64,000 nt of DNA from Candidatus Binatia bacterium (GCA_963664395.2 OY761159.2:1248001-1312000); one strand, 5' to 3'. Positions 1-11,292 are shown, numbered from the stretch's first letter. The notes: generated by a model not told the origin, from the letters alone. Numbers and translations are program-made.

Positions 1-203
1 TGACACCAGACCTTTGTCCGCCAGGGGTCGAGTTCCAGGGTCTCAGCTAATTCTTCAGCCGAGACTGTGCCGCCGCGCCGCCGCATCTCGGAAAAATAGC
101 CCAGCCGCCCGCCAATGTCGGTAATATGCGTAGCGTGCAGGCCGAGCATCCAACTCCGTATCATCCGAGCCTGGCTATTTTTTGTTATTTCTTTGTTGGA
201 CAT
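1..203 (-). CDS. Partial CDS running off the window edge; probable SAM-dependent methyltransferase with N-terminal winged helix
   Basis: Read by hand from ATG at 203: MSNKEITKNSQARMIRSWMLGLHATHITDIGGRLGYF...VSAEELAETLELDPWRTKVWC. Resembles the wHTH that precedes class I methyltransferases. Starts 9 bp after the hydrolase stop. Confidence 0.45.
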   Translation of the reverse strand, partial: MSNKEITKNSQARMIRSWMLGLHATHITDIGGRLGYFSEMRRRGGTVSAEELAETLELDPWRTKVWC

Positions 204-212
204 AGTTGATCC

Positions 213-1016
213 TTAGTTCTTGTGTTTCTGCAAAAATGTTACAATCGCCTCTCCCGACCGTGCCGGTTGTTCCACCCAAAACACATGACCGGCCGGTTCC
301 AGGAGCACGAGTTCGGAATCGACAATATTTTCAGCCAGAAGTTTTGAATTCTTCCAGGCTATCAAGGCATCGTCTTTCCCCGTAATCACCAAGGTCGGAC
401 ACGTAATGTGGGATAGACGGTCGAACGTATTATGCGCATAGGCCGCTTGCATGCGACGCGCAAACCCGACCGGGTCGAGTGGCTGCTTTTTACGGGCTTC
501 AATCAATGCCGGGATAAGCTCAGGATGTTGTTCAATATAGCCCTTCGTAAATGCGGTTTCGGCCAGCGCCCGACCACGCTCTTCCGCGGAGAGCGCGGCT
601 GTTGAATGGGAACTCTGGATAGCCCCCCCCTCCAGACTGATGGCTTGGGGGCCACCGGGGGTGGTGCAGCCCAGCACCAGGGAGCGGACAGCAGCTCCGT
701 GCCGAATGGCCAGTTCCTGGGCAATCATACCGCCCATTGAGACGCCATACACATGCGCGGACGAGAAACCAACATGCTCCATGAGCGCGGCGGTATCATC
801 GGCAATCATACCTATCGTATATTCGATGTCCGGCTTTTCACTCTGGCCTGAGCCGCGTTGATCGAAGATGAGGACCTGAAATTGATCCATGAAATCCGGC
901 AGCAGATTGGCAAAGATGCTCCGGTCGCTTTGCGCCCCGTGGATGAGAACAAGTGGTTGGCCTGCCCCGTGGAGTTCGTAGGCCAGGTTGACACCATTGA
1001 CCCGTGCAGCGTGCAT
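213..1016 (-). CDS. Alpha/beta fold hydrolase
   Basis: LIHG motif, FDQRGSGQS, nucleophile GVSMGG, C-terminal AGH. Confidence 0.9.
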   Translation of the reverse strand: MHAARVNGVNLAYELHGAGQPLVLIHGAQSDRSIFANLLPDFMDQFQVLIFDQRGSGQSEKPDIEYTIGMIADDTAALMEHVGFSSAHVYGVSMGGMIAQELAIRHGAAVRSLVLGCTTPGGPQAISLEGGAIQSSHSTAALSAEERGRALAETAFTKGYIEQHPELIPALIEARKKQPLDPVGFARRMQAAYAHNTFDRLSHITCPTLVITGKDDALIAWKNSKLLAENIVDSELVLLEPAGHVFWVEQPARSGEAIVTFLQKHKN

Positions 1017-1036
1017 AACACCTCCTGATTATCCGG

Positions 1037-2335
1037 CTAGGGCGTCTGGGGGAACGCCGCCGGTTTTTTTATAAAACATAACAGAACCGCGCCTAAAAGA
1101 TTGAAGAGCGCACTCATGAGAAAGGCGATTTCGTAACTGCCGTACACATCGTGCAGATAGCCTGCGGCTATGGGGCCAAACGCCGCCATGGAACCGGCCA
1201 AGGAAAAAATGAAGCCGACGATCGCCCCAACCGCCAGACGCCCGTAGAAGTCGCCGACGATCGCCGGGAACAGCGCCGTTGTCCCACCATACGAAAAACC
1301 GAACAGCGCGGCAGACGGGTAGAGCAAAGAGAGGCCGGCGCTGATCGCCAGGCCGAAGAACGCCACGGCTTCCAAAGTCAGACAGATTCCTAGCGTCAGC
1401 AGGCGGCCATAACGGTCGGACAGCGGTCCGGTAATCAGGCGTCCGGCGAAACCGGCCAAGCCGATAACGCTGATCAACGTTGCGGCGGTCACCTGCGATA
1501 TGCCCAGGTCTACGGCAAAGGGTACGATGTGGACCACCGGCATGAAAACAACCAGCCAGGTCATCGTAAAAACAGCGACCAGCATCCAGAAGGACACAGT
1601 CCGGCGAGCGGATGCAAGCGTCCATTCATCGCGTGGGTCGAGTGAGGGACGTGGACTGGAGAGCGCCTCCCCTGATAATAAAACGGGTTGGAGGCCGTCC
1701 GGGTAAAGGCCCAGGCGTTCAGGGTCACGTATAGTGAAGAAGGCACCCAACACAATGAGCGCCATCCCGCCGAGCCCAAGGAGCAGGTAGGAGGTCCGCC
1801 AGCCATAGAGCGTAATCAGGGTTGCGGCCAGCGGCGGAATTAAGAAATTGCCAAAGCTCGCCCCACTCGTACTCATGCTGAGCGCCAAACCGCGGCGCTG
1901 AGTAAACCACCGCACCACGGTCGCATTACACGGCACAAAGGCGGCACTCATGCCGAGCGCGGCAATACCGCCGAGAAAGACGTAGAGTTGCCACAGGGCG
2001 TGAACCTGACTCATCAGCATCACCCCGCTCCCCAATAAGACGCCCCCGACCCCAACCACCAGACGCGGCCCCCAGCGATCGGTACACACGCCGGTTACAA
2101 TCCCGAGGCCGCTATAGATAAACACGTACACCGAATAGGCGAGAGACAAACTCGTCCGTCCCCAACCCATCTCCGCTGAGATTTCCGGCATGAAAACGCC
2201 GTACGAAAACTGAATCCCGTACGCGGCGGACAACACCGTGAAAGAACACGCGACGATCACCCAGCCATAAAAGAATTGCGGCTGGCTGGCCGGCACGAGG
2301 TCGGCTGGGAGCTTCACCGGTTCAATGACGCGCAT
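1037..2335 (-). CDS. MFS transporter (OFA/MCT-like)
   Basis: FFYGWVIV start, about 12 hydrophobic segments, DRWGPR and DRYGR loop motifs. Confidence 0.9.
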   Translation of the reverse strand: MRVIEPVKLPADLVPASQPQFFYGWVIVACSFTVLSAAYGIQFSYGVFMPEISAEMGWGRTSLSLAYSVYVFIYSGLGIVTGVCTDRWGPRLVVGVGGVLLGSGVMLMSQVHALWQLYVFLGGIAALGMSAAFVPCNATVVRWFTQRRGLALSMSTSGASFGNFLIPPLAATLITLYGWRTSYLLLGLGGMALIVLGAFFTIRDPERLGLYPDGLQPVLLSGEALSSPRPSLDPRDEWTLASARRTVSFWMLVAVFTMTWLVVFMPVVHIVPFAVDLGISQVTAATLISVIGLAGFAGRLITGPLSDRYGRLLTLGICLTLEAVAFFGLAISAGLSLLYPSAALFGFSYGGTTALFPAIVGDFYGRLAVGAIVGFIFSLAGSMAAFGPIAAGYLHDVYGSYEIAFLMSALFNLLGAVLLCFIKKPAAFPQTP

Positions 2336-2432
2336 TGCCTCGCAGTATCCGGGGCGGGCGATGCCGGGTCAAGAGAGCGCTGGCTAGCGCCAGGCCGCGA
2401 GGCAATCTGACAGGGGGGGGACGGCAGGGCGA

Positions 2433-3647
2433 TTACAGCCCTAACGCTTTGGCAATGTTTACGCGCTGAATTTCATCCGTGCCACCGGGAATACGCAGGT
2501 TACGCGCAATACGGAATATTTTTTCAATCCCGGACTCTTTCATCAAGCCATGCGCCCCGTGCAATTGGACGGCTCTATCGGCCACACGATACAGCGCTTC
2601 GTCGCAGAAGACTTTGAGCGCACACACCGTTTTGATGAGTTGTGGATCGACCTTGAGCGCCCACAAATTCCCCTGGTCGGCCTGCCACAGACTTTGGAGC
2701 GACAGGCTCCGCATGGCTTGGACGTCCAAGTAGGAATCGACCACCATCCACTGTAAGGCTTGAAACCGACTCAGCGGTCCACCGAACGCGTGCCGGTTCT
2801 TGATATAATCGCTACAGCGGTCGAGCAGGTATTGTCCCAGTCCGGTACACATGCCCCCACGCCGGACGCGAATCCAGTTGATCATCCCCATGCTGAGGTA
2901 AAAGCCCTGACCTTCTTCCCCCCACATCTGGTCCGCTGAGAGCTGGCAGTTCTCGAACCGGAGTTCACCGGTCATGCCGTCATCCATAATGGTCCGGTAC
3001 GTCCGGCCGCTGGTCAGCCCAGGGTTGTCTCGTTCAACGATAAAGGCCGTTGCGCCGGCTCCCCCTTTGCTCGGGTCGTGCAGCGCACAGACAAAGATCA
3101 GGTCGGCGTACTGCGCATTGGTAATATATGCCTTGGTGCCATTCACCACCCAGGTGTCGCCGTGTCTTTCGGCCCGGGTCTGCATGCCAAGCACGTCGGA
3201 TCCACCTCGGTATTCGGTGATGGCATAGGCGCCGGTTGTTTCGCCTCGGACCAGAGGCAACAGGTATTTCTGCTGCTGCTCCTCAGTCAGAAACATCAGC
3301 ATATGATTGGGTCCTTCTGTCCAGGACAACATCCACTGCGCGACCCCAATGCCATGCTGATAGACGGCCTCATGAACAAAAAACATGTCGGTCAGACTCA
3401 ACCCACCACCGCCGACTTCTTTGGGCATATGCAGCGCATAGAATCCCTGCTCCGCGGACCGTCTGCGAATCGTCTGCTGGGCGGTCAGCACTTCGGGAGC
3501 AAGCCGGCCATCTTCACGCAGATAGAGATGCTCGTTGGTGAGGTGCGCGGCAAGACTGTGCTCAATGGGAGTGATATCGTTTTCAATAAAGCGGTGAATA
3601 TCACGCACAGTCTGCTCGACGTGGGCTGGCGGGGAGAAATCAATCAT
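2433..3647 (-). CDS. Acyl-CoA dehydrogenase family protein
   Basis: AITEYRGGSD, NGTKAYITNA, R..FG..L..FQ, QLHGAHG, GGTDEIQR motifs. Confidence 0.92.
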   Translation of the reverse strand: MIDFSPPAHVEQTVRDIHRFIENDITPIEHSLAAHLTNEHLYLREDGRLAPEVLTAQQTIRRRSAEQGFYALHMPKEVGGGGLSLTDMFFVHEAVYQHGIGVAQWMLSWTEGPNHMLMFLTEEQQQKYLLPLVRGETTGAYAITEYRGGSDVLGMQTRAERHGDTWVVNGTKAYITNAQYADLIFVCALHDPSKGGAGATAFIVERDNPGLTSGRTYRTIMDDGMTGELRFENCQLSADQMWGEEGQGFYLSMGMINWIRVRRGGMCTGLGQYLLDRCSDYIKNRHAFGGPLSRFQALQWMVVDSYLDVQAMRSLSLQSLWQADQGNLWALKVDPQLIKTVCALKVFCDEALYRVADRAVQLHGAHGLMKESGIEKIFRIARNLRIPGGTDEIQRVNIAKALGL

Positions 3648-3724
3648 ACGCCCGTTCGTAATAGATTCCGGTAGGAAACGCTATCCCGTCCCAGGACAGC
3701 AAATAGCAAAGAATAAAAAGACGC

Positions 3725-3750
3725 AAAAAAAGGGGGCCATGCGGCCCCCG
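3725..3750 (-). terminator. Rho-independent terminator of groEL
   Basis: Minus strand GGGGGCC-GCAT-GGCCCCC hairpin followed by T7. Confidence 0.75.
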
Positions 3751-3805
3751 GCGGATCGATTTTCAGCAGGCGGGGAATATAGCATCCCCCCTGCAGCGTT
3801 CCAGC

Positions 3806-5437
3806 TTAGTAGTCATCCATGTCGTGATCGTGGTCATGACCATCCATCCCGGCCTGGGGCCTTTCGGGTTTCTCGGCAACCGCCGCTTCGGTGGTCAACA
3901 TCAAGCCGGACACGCTCGCCGCATTTTGGAGCGCGATCCGGACAACCTTTGTGGAATCAATCACACCGGCTTTGAACAAGTTCTCGTACTCACCTGATGC
4001 AGCATTAAAGCCGGCATCACCGGTCTTATTTTTGATCTGAGCAAGCACCACCGGAGCGTCCAGGCCGGCATTGCTAACGATTTGTCGAATGGGCTCTTCA
4101 ATCGCTCTGCGCACGATCTTCACGCCCGCGTCCCGGTCATCGTTGAACGCAAGTTCGTCCAGTTTGGATTGCGCCCGAATCAGCGCAACGCCCCCGCCGG
4201 GAACGATCCCTTCTTCCGCCGCCGACTTGGTGGCATGCAGGGCATCGTCCACGCGCGCCTTGCGTTCTTTCATCTCGACTTCAGTTGAAGCTCCGACCTT
4301 AATAATCGCCACCCCACCGGAGAGCTTGGCGAGACGTTCCTGGAGCTTTTCCCGATCATAATCTGACGTCGTTTCCGCAATCTGGGCACGAATCTGATCC
4401 ACGCGCGCGGTCAGGTCCTTTTTCTTGCCCGCACCATCCACAATGGTGGTATTGTCCTTGTCCATAATGACGCGCTGACAGCGACCCAAGTCTGCCAGAT
4501 CAAGGCTTTCGAGCTTCATGCCCAACTCTTCGGCAACCACCCGTCCGCCGGTGAGGATGGCAATGTCCTCCAACATGGCTTTCCGCCGGTCCCCAAAACC
4601 CGGTGCTTTCACCGCAGCGCAGTTCAGGGTCCCCCGAATCTTATTCACCACCAGGGCCGCCAGCGCTTCGCCTTCAATATCCTCAGCAATGATCACCAAC
4701 GGTTTACCGCTCTGCGCAATTTTCTCCAGCAGAGGGACGAGTTCCTGCATATTCGAGAGTTTTTTCTCATGGAGTAAAATGTAGGGATCTTCGACTTCTC
4801 CAACCATCCGCTCTTGATCCGTAACGAAATACGGGGAGAGAAAACCACGATCAAACTGCATCCCCTCAACAACGTCCAGAACCGTTTCCAGCCCTTTGCC
4901 CTCTTCAATAGTGATGACGCCCTCTTGGCCAACCCGCTCCATGGCTTCGGCCATGATATCGCCTATTTGGGTGTCACCGTTGGCCGCAATCGTTCCGACC
5001 TGAGCTACTTGCTCTCTTCCTCTGACCTTACGGCTCTGTCCTTGTACACCCTCGACGACTTTTTCGACTGCGGCATCAATACCACGCTTGAGGGACATGG
5101 GGTCAAACCCGGCCACCTCGAGACGCAGCCCTTCGGTGAGAATGGCCCGAGACAGGATGGTCGCCGTCGTTGTTCCGTCCCCGGCCGTATCAGCGGTTTT
5201 GGTGGCAACCTCGCGGATCAGCTTGGCTCCCATATTTTCAAACTTGTCCTCGAGTTCGATCTCTTTCACAACGGTCACACCGTCTTTGGTGACAACCGGC
5301 GCACCAAAACTTTTCTCCAACAGGACGTTGCGCCCCCGGGGGCCGAGGGTCACTTGCGTTGCATCCGCTATCAGGTTGACACCCCTGAGAATCCCTTCCC
5401 GGGACTTTTCATGTAAATGAACTACTTTACTCGCCAT
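3806..5437 (-). CDS. groEL: Chaperonin GroEL with His/Asp-rich C-terminal tail
   Basis: [42 protein letters not shown]. Ends [12 protein letters not shown]. Confidence 0.97.
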   Translation of the reverse strand: MASKVVHLHEKSREGILRGVNLIADATQVTLGPRGRNVLLEKSFGAPVVTKDGVTVVKEIELEDKFENMGAKLIREVATKTADTAGDGTTTATILSRAILTEGLRLEVAGFDPMSLKRGIDAAVEKVVEGVQGQSRKVRGREQVAQVGTIAANGDTQIGDIMAEAMERVGQEGVITIEEGKGLETVLDVVEGMQFDRGFLSPYFVTDQERMVGEVEDPYILLHEKKLSNMQELVPLLEKIAQSGKPLVIIAEDIEGEALAALVVNKIRGTLNCAAVKAPGFGDRRKAMLEDIAILTGGRVVAEELGMKLESLDLADLGRCQRVIMDKDNTTIVDGAGKKKDLTARVDQIRAQIAETTSDYDREKLQERLAKLSGGVAIIKVGASTEVEMKERKARVDDALHATKSAAEEGIVPGGGVALIRAQSKLDELAFNDDRDAGVKIVRRAIEEPIRQIVSNAGLDAPVVLAQIKNKTGDAGFNAASGEYENLFKAGVIDSTKVVRIALQNAASVSGLMLTTEAAVAEKPERPQAGMDGHDHDHDMDDY

Positions 5438-5544
5438 ACAACCGATCTCCTTTCATGCATCTCGTGGTCAGTGTTTCGTATTACGCAAGGGAAACGTAAG
5501 CATCTTTCCTCGAAATGCAAGCATGTGCGACGAGTTCTACGCTG

Positions 5545-6711
5545 TTATCGACGGGTGTGCGCCCATTGAGCCTGAGGGATATCATCCGGACTGACTGCCG
5601 GGATTGTCGCTAAGGTCTGTTTCCCACGGCGGACAACGACCTCGCCAAGGACTTGATTGCGAAGAATCGGGGCTGCTACTTGTGTGGGCAGTTGGAGGGA
5701 AATGGAAACGGCTTCAACGTCGTCTTTTCGTACCAACGGTGCCGCTGTTGCTGCGGCAACTGGCTGAAAAGCTGACAGGCTTCCGTTCTCGACCCGCACC
5801 TCAACCCACAAAGGAGATCCACCTTCGATCAGTGGCAGTCGTGTAAAATTTGCGAATCCCCACTCAAGCAAATCCTCTGCAACGCGAAATCGCATTGCAC
5901 TGGTTTTCCCGCCGAAGACAATGGCAATAAGACGCAGTGAGCCCCTTTGAGCCGTAGTGACAAGATTAAAGCCCGCCTTTCTCGTAAAGCCGGTCTTGAG
6001 TCCATCGACCCCATAGGTGCGCCCAACCAGTCGGTTGGTATTCGGCAAATGCTTACGGCGCTTGCCGAATGGCATAGATGACTGCGAAGTCCACGTTAAA
6101 ACATGTTTATGACGCAAAAGTGCCCGAGCGAGAAGAGCGATATCGTCAGCCGGCGCTTTATCCGGAGCGCGATTGGTTTTGGTCGGCATTCCATTGACCG
6201 TGCGGTAGCGCGTCTGCCCCATCCCTAACTGCTGTGCGCGGGCGTTCATCCGCTGTACACATTGACTGACAGAGCCACATACGTGTTCGGCTATGGCAAC
6301 AGCAGCATCATTCGCGGAGGTGACAAGGACCGCCCGGAGCAGCTCTGCAAGTCGAAAGACTTGACCAGCCCGTAGGGAGATCGTTCGCCCTTTTGTCCGA
6401 CTCGCCCGCCGGCTAATAGTGACCCGGGTCTTAAGGCTGACCCGTCCTCTTTCAATTTCTTCAAAAACAATAAGCCCTAACATCATCTTTGTGAGAGAGG
6501 CTTGGGGCCATATTTTTTGGCTATTGTAGGAAAATAGCACTTGACCGGTCTGCGCGTCTTGTAAGAGAGCCGCTTCAAAATTTTTGGCAGCGGGCAGTTG
6601 AGGAAAGCGTTCGCTCCCTCCAAATGCGAGCGCTTTTTGTAGAGGGCCGCTCAGGAAGCTGCCGACACTAATGCAGACAAAAATACACCGCGCCCACCTG
6701 TATGATTGCAT
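5545..6711 (-). CDS. dacA: D-alanyl-D-alanine carboxypeptidase (peptidase S11, PBP5/6-like)
   Basis: SxxK (ASLTK), SxN (SANDA), KTG (GLKTGFT), signal peptide. Start uncertain (6711 or 6756). Confidence 0.88.
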   Translation of the reverse strand: MQSYRWARCIFVCISVGSFLSGPLQKALAFGGSERFPQLPAAKNFEAALLQDAQTGQVLFSYNSQKIWPQASLTKMMLGLIVFEEIERGRVSLKTRVTISRRASRTKGRTISLRAGQVFRLAELLRAVLVTSANDAAVAIAEHVCGSVSQCVQRMNARAQQLGMGQTRYRTVNGMPTKTNRAPDKAPADDIALLARALLRHKHVLTWTSQSSMPFGKRRKHLPNTNRLVGRTYGVDGLKTGFTRKAGFNLVTTAQRGSLRLIAIVFGGKTSAMRFRVAEDLLEWGFANFTRLPLIEGGSPLWVEVRVENGSLSAFQPVAAATAAPLVRKDDVEAVSISLQLPTQVAAPILRNQVLGEVVVRRGKQTLATIPAVSPDDIPQAQWAHTRR

Positions 6712-6899
6712 CCACCCCTCCTCATCCCCCGCGCATGGTCCTATATGTGGGGACATGGGCCTTTCTGGCCCATGAAAAAGTTCTAGTAGCCGATGCTAAC
6801 ATGTCGTCTAAGATACCGTCAACAAAAATCTTTTTCTTTCTCCCCGATGCTCGTCGCAGGCGGAGAGTAAAGCGAATTTCGGTACACAAGATGTTGTAC

Positions 6900-7289
6900 T
6901 TAGCGTATTTTAGCACTCAAGAGTTTGTGTAGGGATAGAATATCTCCATGAATGGCTGTCAGAACTTTTCGTTGATCTGAGCGGATGGGAAGGGGCACTT
7001 CGAGGTTCGCCTGGGAGAGAAGAAGAGACTCGCCTTCTCTCTCACCATCTTTTAGCCGCCTTTTGGCTCCTGCAATGGTGAACCCCTCTTCATACAGGAG
7101 ACGCTTAATATCGAGGAGGGTTTCGACATCACGACGGCGATATAATCGGTGGCGAGAAGGGGTTTTTCCAGGCTTGAGAATAGGGAATTCCGTTTCCCAA
7201 TACCGCAAGACGTAGGGCTTCACGCCAATAATCTTGGCGACTTCACCGATGCGGAAATAGAGCTTATTCGGGAACTCAACCGGGTCCAC
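6900..7289 (-). CDS. MerR family transcriptional regulator (conserved ihfA neighbour)
   Basis: [10 protein letters not shown]...VLRYWETEF...EGFTIAGAK; directly downstream of ihfA. Confidence 0.92.
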   Translation of the reverse strand: MDPVEFPNKLYFRIGEVAKIIGVKPYVLRYWETEFPILKPGKTPSRHRLYRRRDVETLLDIKRLLYEEGFTIAGAKRRLKDGEREGESLLLSQANLEVPLPIRSDQRKVLTAIHGDILSLHKLLSAKIR

Positions 7290-7296
7290 GATACGC

Positions 7297-7584
7297 TCAG
7301 TCTTGGAGGAATAGGTTAATCGCCTTCTTCAAGACGGGGCTGGGTTTAAACGACAACACACGACGGCCAGATATAATAATTTCTTTACCTGTTTGCGGAT
7401 TTCGTCCTTTACGAGGATGTTTCTCGTTAATGACAAAATTCCCAAAGCTAGAGATTTTGACCTTCTCTCCCTTTTCAAGGTGACCCTTGATGATTTCAAA
7501 AATCGATTCAACCACGTCGGTCGCTTCTTTTTTTGAAAAGCCGACCTGCTCATAAATACGCTCAACAATGTCTGCTTTTGTCAT
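7297..7584 (-). CDS. ihfA: Integration host factor subunit alpha
   Basis: MTKADIVE...VKISSFGNF...GRNPQTG; ATG at 7584. Confidence 0.93.
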   Translation of the reverse strand: MTKADIVERIYEQVGFSKKEATDVVESIFEIIKGHLEKGEKVKISSFGNFVINEKHPRKGRNPQTGKEIIISGRRVLSFKPSPVLKKAINLFLQD

Positions 7585-7881
7585 GGGAGTACCTCGCCAT
7601 AATCCTCCATCGGTAGGAGGCAAGGGGGCTTTCATCTGAAATCACACAGGCAAGCATCCATTGGTGTTCACCAGTCGCATATGCCGTCCCTCAGGCAGAG
7701 GATAAGAGACGCAAGATTGTGTAACACCAAGACAATACTACAAACGACAACGCTGCGAACATAATGGAGCTTCGTCTTGAAGTCAAGTTTGAGCGCTCTT
7801 TGAAAATAAGCAGGGTCGGGCTTTCAGCAAAGAAGAACCAACGATAGGATAAAGAATAAACACAGAGAAGGAGGGCAGACC

Positions 7882-8895
7882 TTGCAGGAGATTCGTACTC
7901 AGTTGAGTGAAGACCTGACCGCCGCTACAACAGGCCAGGACCTCGAAGCTGTTCGTGTTCGCTATCTCGGACGGAAAGGAGCGATCACCCTGCTGCGAAA
8001 AAACGCTGACTTCTCAGCAATGTCAGCGGATGAAAAGAAACGCTTTGGACAACAGTTTAATGAACTGAAACGCTTTGCAGAGCAGCAGATTGCCGACGCC
8101 CAAGAGCGGCAGAAAAGCACGCTGCTCGACACAACTACCATCGATATGACACTTCCGGGTCTCAACAACCACCTCGGCCACCTGCACCCCATTTCTCTTG
8201 TCCAACTGGAGCTCGAAGAAATCTTTCAATCTCTGGGATTTATGATCCTTGACGGATACCACGTTGAGACGGACTTTTATAACTTTGAGAGCCTGAACAT
8301 CCCCCCTGACCACCCCGCACGAGACATGCAGGATACGTACTGGCTCAAGAATGGCTTGCTGCTCCGGACGCATACATCAGCCAATCAAGTCCGTGCGTTA
8401 GAGTACTACGGTGCCCCAGTTCGGGCTATCTTTCCAGGTCGTTGTTTTCGGAATGAAGCCATTGATCCAAGCCATGAGAATACGTTCTATCAGCTCGAAG
8501 GCTTGATGGTAGACAGGGAGATCTCTGTCGCTAATCTGATTGCCGTTATGCGCACGTTGCTGACTGCGGTTTTTCACCGAGAGGTCACTGTTCGCTTACG
8601 TCCAGGTTATTTTCCTTTTGTCGAACCCGGCTTTGAGTTAGACATCCAATGTCTGCTGTGTGAAGGCACGGGCTGTGCGACCTGCAAAAAATCCGGCTGG
8701 ATTGAATTGCTGCCGTGCGGCCTGGTGCACCCTCGGGTACTCGAATTCGGTAAGGTTGACCCAGATCACTATAGCGGGTTTGCCTTTGGCTTAGGCCTCA
8801 CCCGACTGGCCATGATGAAATATAATATTCCAGATATTCGGCTCCTGAACTCGGGCGATCTTCGTTTCTATGAGCAGTTTCCAGCAGCCGTTTGA
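7882..8895 (+). CDS. pheS: Phenylalanine--tRNA ligase alpha subunit (inverted relative to host operon)
   Basis: HPARDMQDT, LLRTHTS, FPFVEP, GFAFGLG. TTG start after GGAGG. Confidence 0.97.
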   Translation: MQEIRTQLSEDLTAATTGQDLEAVRVRYLGRKGAITLLRKNADFSAMSADEKKRFGQQFNELKRFAEQQIADAQERQKSTLLDTTTIDMTLPGLNNHLGHLHPISLVQLELEEIFQSLGFMILDGYHVETDFYNFESLNIPPDHPARDMQDTYWLKNGLLLRTHTSANQVRALEYYGAPVRAIFPGRCFRNEAIDPSHENTFYQLEGLMVDREISVANLIAVMRTLLTAVFHREVTVRLRPGYFPFVEPGFELDIQCLLCEGTGCATCKKSGWIELLPCGLVHPRVLEFGKVDPDHYSGFAFGLGLTRLAMMKYNIPDIRLLNSGDLRFYEQFPAAV

Positions 8896-8908
8896 GTAGG
8901 AGTCATGC

Positions 8909-11287
8909 ATGAAGATCTCTCTTGACTGGATCGCCCAGTATGTAGACCTCTCAGACCTCTCGCCACAAACAATTGCGCACCGGCTCACCATGGCAACGGC
9001 TGAGGTAGAAGGGATGGAAACACTGGGTCGCACACTCGATGGGGTCCGCATCGGTCATGTCCTCTCAGTTGAACCTCTTGGCGACCGGCAGACGTTCGTT
9101 TCCGTTCAGTGTGGAGCAGAGCAGTTTACGACGGTATGTGGGGCGCCCAATGTGCGGGAGGGGATGAAATCAGCCTTTGCCTCCGTTGGAGTGACGATTG
9201 CCGGGGGACAGACTATTAAAGAAAGGCAGGTTGGTGGGAAGATGAGTCAGGGCATCTTGTGCTCGTCTGAGGAATTAGGCATGGGGGGCGGACATTTCGG
9301 TATCCTTGACCTCCCCGAGTCTCTTGAGAATGGGGCCGCTCTGGCCGACTTCATTCCGTCTTCAGACACCCTGCTCGAAATCGACAACAAGAGCCTGACC
9401 CACCGCCCCGACCTCTGGGGTCACTACGGGATAGCACGTGAAGTTGCTGCCATTTTTGGGCGACCAGTACGCCCTCTCCAACTGGTAGATGTGGAGCAGT
9501 ATAACGACTTACCAGCCTATCCACTGACCATTGATGATCCCGAGAATTGTCCCTGTTATTGCTGTATCGAGATGACAGGGGTGGCGGCAATTCCCTCGCC
9601 ACTGACGCTACAGTACCGGTTGCACGCGCTTGGACAGCGAACATTCAATATTCTGGTCGACCTCACCAATTACATCATGCTCGAGCTCGGTCAGCCCATG
9701 CACGCATTCGACGCTGGCCGCCTACAGACCGTCCGTGTCGCCCCGTTTGGAACAACCAGCCGTTTTACGACTCTTGATGGACAAGCGCGACAAATGGCCC
9801 CAGATGATCTGATGATCTGGAATGAACACGAGCCGGTTGCCGTGGCTGGTATTATGGGAGGGCTGAATAGTGAGGTCAGCGAGAGTACCACCGGTCTGCT
9901 TCTTGAGAGTGCAAATTTTAAGGATGCGCGGATTCGCCGGACAGCCACACGGCTGGGTATTCATACCGACGCGAGTCAACGTTTTGAGAAGCAACAGCCG
10001 CCCGTAAATACAAAAATTGCCACCGAGCGCTTTCTCTCCCTGCTGCTCGAATCAGGCCTCCGGCCTCAGGTCCTTTCCCGGTTCACCTCTCGTGGAGCGT
10101 TGAAAGAGCATACCCGGTATCTCGATATTCCGACCGACTTCTTTGACCGGCGGATAGGCAACCCGATTGCGCCAGACAAGATTGTGTCCATACTGACCTC
10201 ACTAGGTTTTGAAGCCAGTGTTACGAACAACACCCTCTCTGTTGGAATCCCCTCGTTTCGGAGCGAGAAAGATATCTCCTTACCAGTTGATATTCTGGAA
10301 GAAGTCACACGCATTCAGGGCTATGACAACCTGGAGCCGAAGATGCCAAATTTCTCGGTGGAGCGTGTTGCCTTTCATGATCGTCTGCGGGCACAGCATA
10401 AAGCTCGTCGTATTTTAGCTCAGGCTCACGGATTCTCGGAGGTTCACAATTATAGCTGGTTTGACGAAACATGGCTCAAGACGCTCGGCTACGAGCCTGA
10501 AGCAACGCTGGAGATGGCCAATTCCAGCGCAGAACACAATGTGCGGCTGCAGACCACACTGCTACCCAATATTTTTGCCGTTGTTAAAAAAAATGCGGCA
10601 CTGCGAGACCATTTCCGAATCTTTGAGCTGGGGCGGGTCTACTTGCCTGCGGGCGAACAGGACCGTACAGAGAAGAATGTACTGTCCGGAGCAAGCCTTC
10701 AACAAGAACGCCTGGAGAGCCTGGAAGAGCATTTTCGCAAGATCAAGGGTGCCCTTGAGGCTCTAGCCAAACAGTTAAGCCTCGGCGCAGTGGCGTTTGA
10801 GCCTGCCACGACAACGACTGCACCGTGGCAAACTCCTGACAAGTATGTTGAAGTGGCATGCCAAGGTACAGGGGTCGGACACCTTGGCCTTTTGTCCGGC
10901 CCCTTATTGGCTGAAATTGCACCCAAAGCCCAAGTGGTCTGGTTCGAGCTGAATTTCGATATGCTTGAAGGGCCGCTATTTCCGGCAACCAGCTATGCCC
11001 CGGCATCCCGCTATCCTGGCTCGTGGTTTGACTTCTCTATTGTGGCCAGCGCTCAGGCGGGTTTTGCCGAGCTGGTCCGCACACTCGACAAGTTTTCTCA
11101 TACACTGCTCAAAAAGAGAGAATTTATTACCCTTTATAAGGGTAAGGGGCTTGAGGAAGGAGCAGCCAGCTACACCTTCCGTTACTGGATTGAATCCCAG
11201 GACAGCACACTCACTGGAGAGCAAATAGAAGCATTCCAGCAGGAGTATATCGCCTTCCTCCGGTCGAAAGGTCTGAGCCTCCGTTAA
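8909..11287 (+). CDS. pheT: Phenylalanine--tRNA ligase beta subunit
   Basis: MKISLDW, VCGAPNV, NKSLTHRPDLWGHYGIARE, GQPMHAFD, LESANF, DILEEVTRIQGY. Confidence 0.96.
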   Translation: MKISLDWIAQYVDLSDLSPQTIAHRLTMATAEVEGMETLGRTLDGVRIGHVLSVEPLGDRQTFVSVQCGAEQFTTVCGAPNVREGMKSAFASVGVTIAGGQTIKERQVGGKMSQGILCSSEELGMGGGHFGILDLPESLENGAALADFIPSSDTLLEIDNKSLTHRPDLWGHYGIAREVAAIFGRPVRPLQLVDVEQYNDLPAYPLTIDDPENCPCYCCIEMTGVAAIPSPLTLQYRLHALGQRTFNILVDLTNYIMLELGQPMHAFDAGRLQTVRVAPFGTTSRFTTLDGQARQMAPDDLMIWNEHEPVAVAGIMGGLNSEVSESTTGLLLESANFKDARIRRTATRLGIHTDASQRFEKQQPPVNTKIATERFLSLLLESGLRPQVLSRFTSRGALKEHTRYLDIPTDFFDRRIGNPIAPDKIVSILTSLGFEASVTNNTLSVGIPSFRSEKDISLPVDILEEVTRIQGYDNLEPKMPNFSVERVAFHDRLRAQHKARRILAQAHGFSEVHNYSWFDETWLKTLGYEPEATLEMANSSAEHNVRLQTTLLPNIFAVVKKNAALRDHFRIFELGRVYLPAGEQDRTEKNVLSGASLQQERLESLEEHFRKIKGALEALAKQLSLGAVAFEPATTTTAPWQTPDKYVEVACQGTGVGHLGLLSGPLLAEIAPKAQVVWFELNFDMLEGPLFPATSYAPASRYPGSWFDFSIVASAQAGFAELVRTLDKFSHTLLKKREFITLYKGKGLEEGAASYTFRYWIESQDSTLTGEQIEAFQQEYIAFLRSKGLSLR

Positions 11288-11292
11288 GATAA

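Noticed and set aside
5460-5530. Possible heat-shock sigma promoter for groEL (CTTGCA...CTTACGT on the minus strand)
   Set aside because: The match to consensus is too weak to call.
7585-7881. Invertible-switch sites, T-box or pheM-like attenuator around pheST
   Set aside because: No matching inverted repeats at the two junctions, no recombinase, no T-box consensus and no Phe-rich leader were found by eye.
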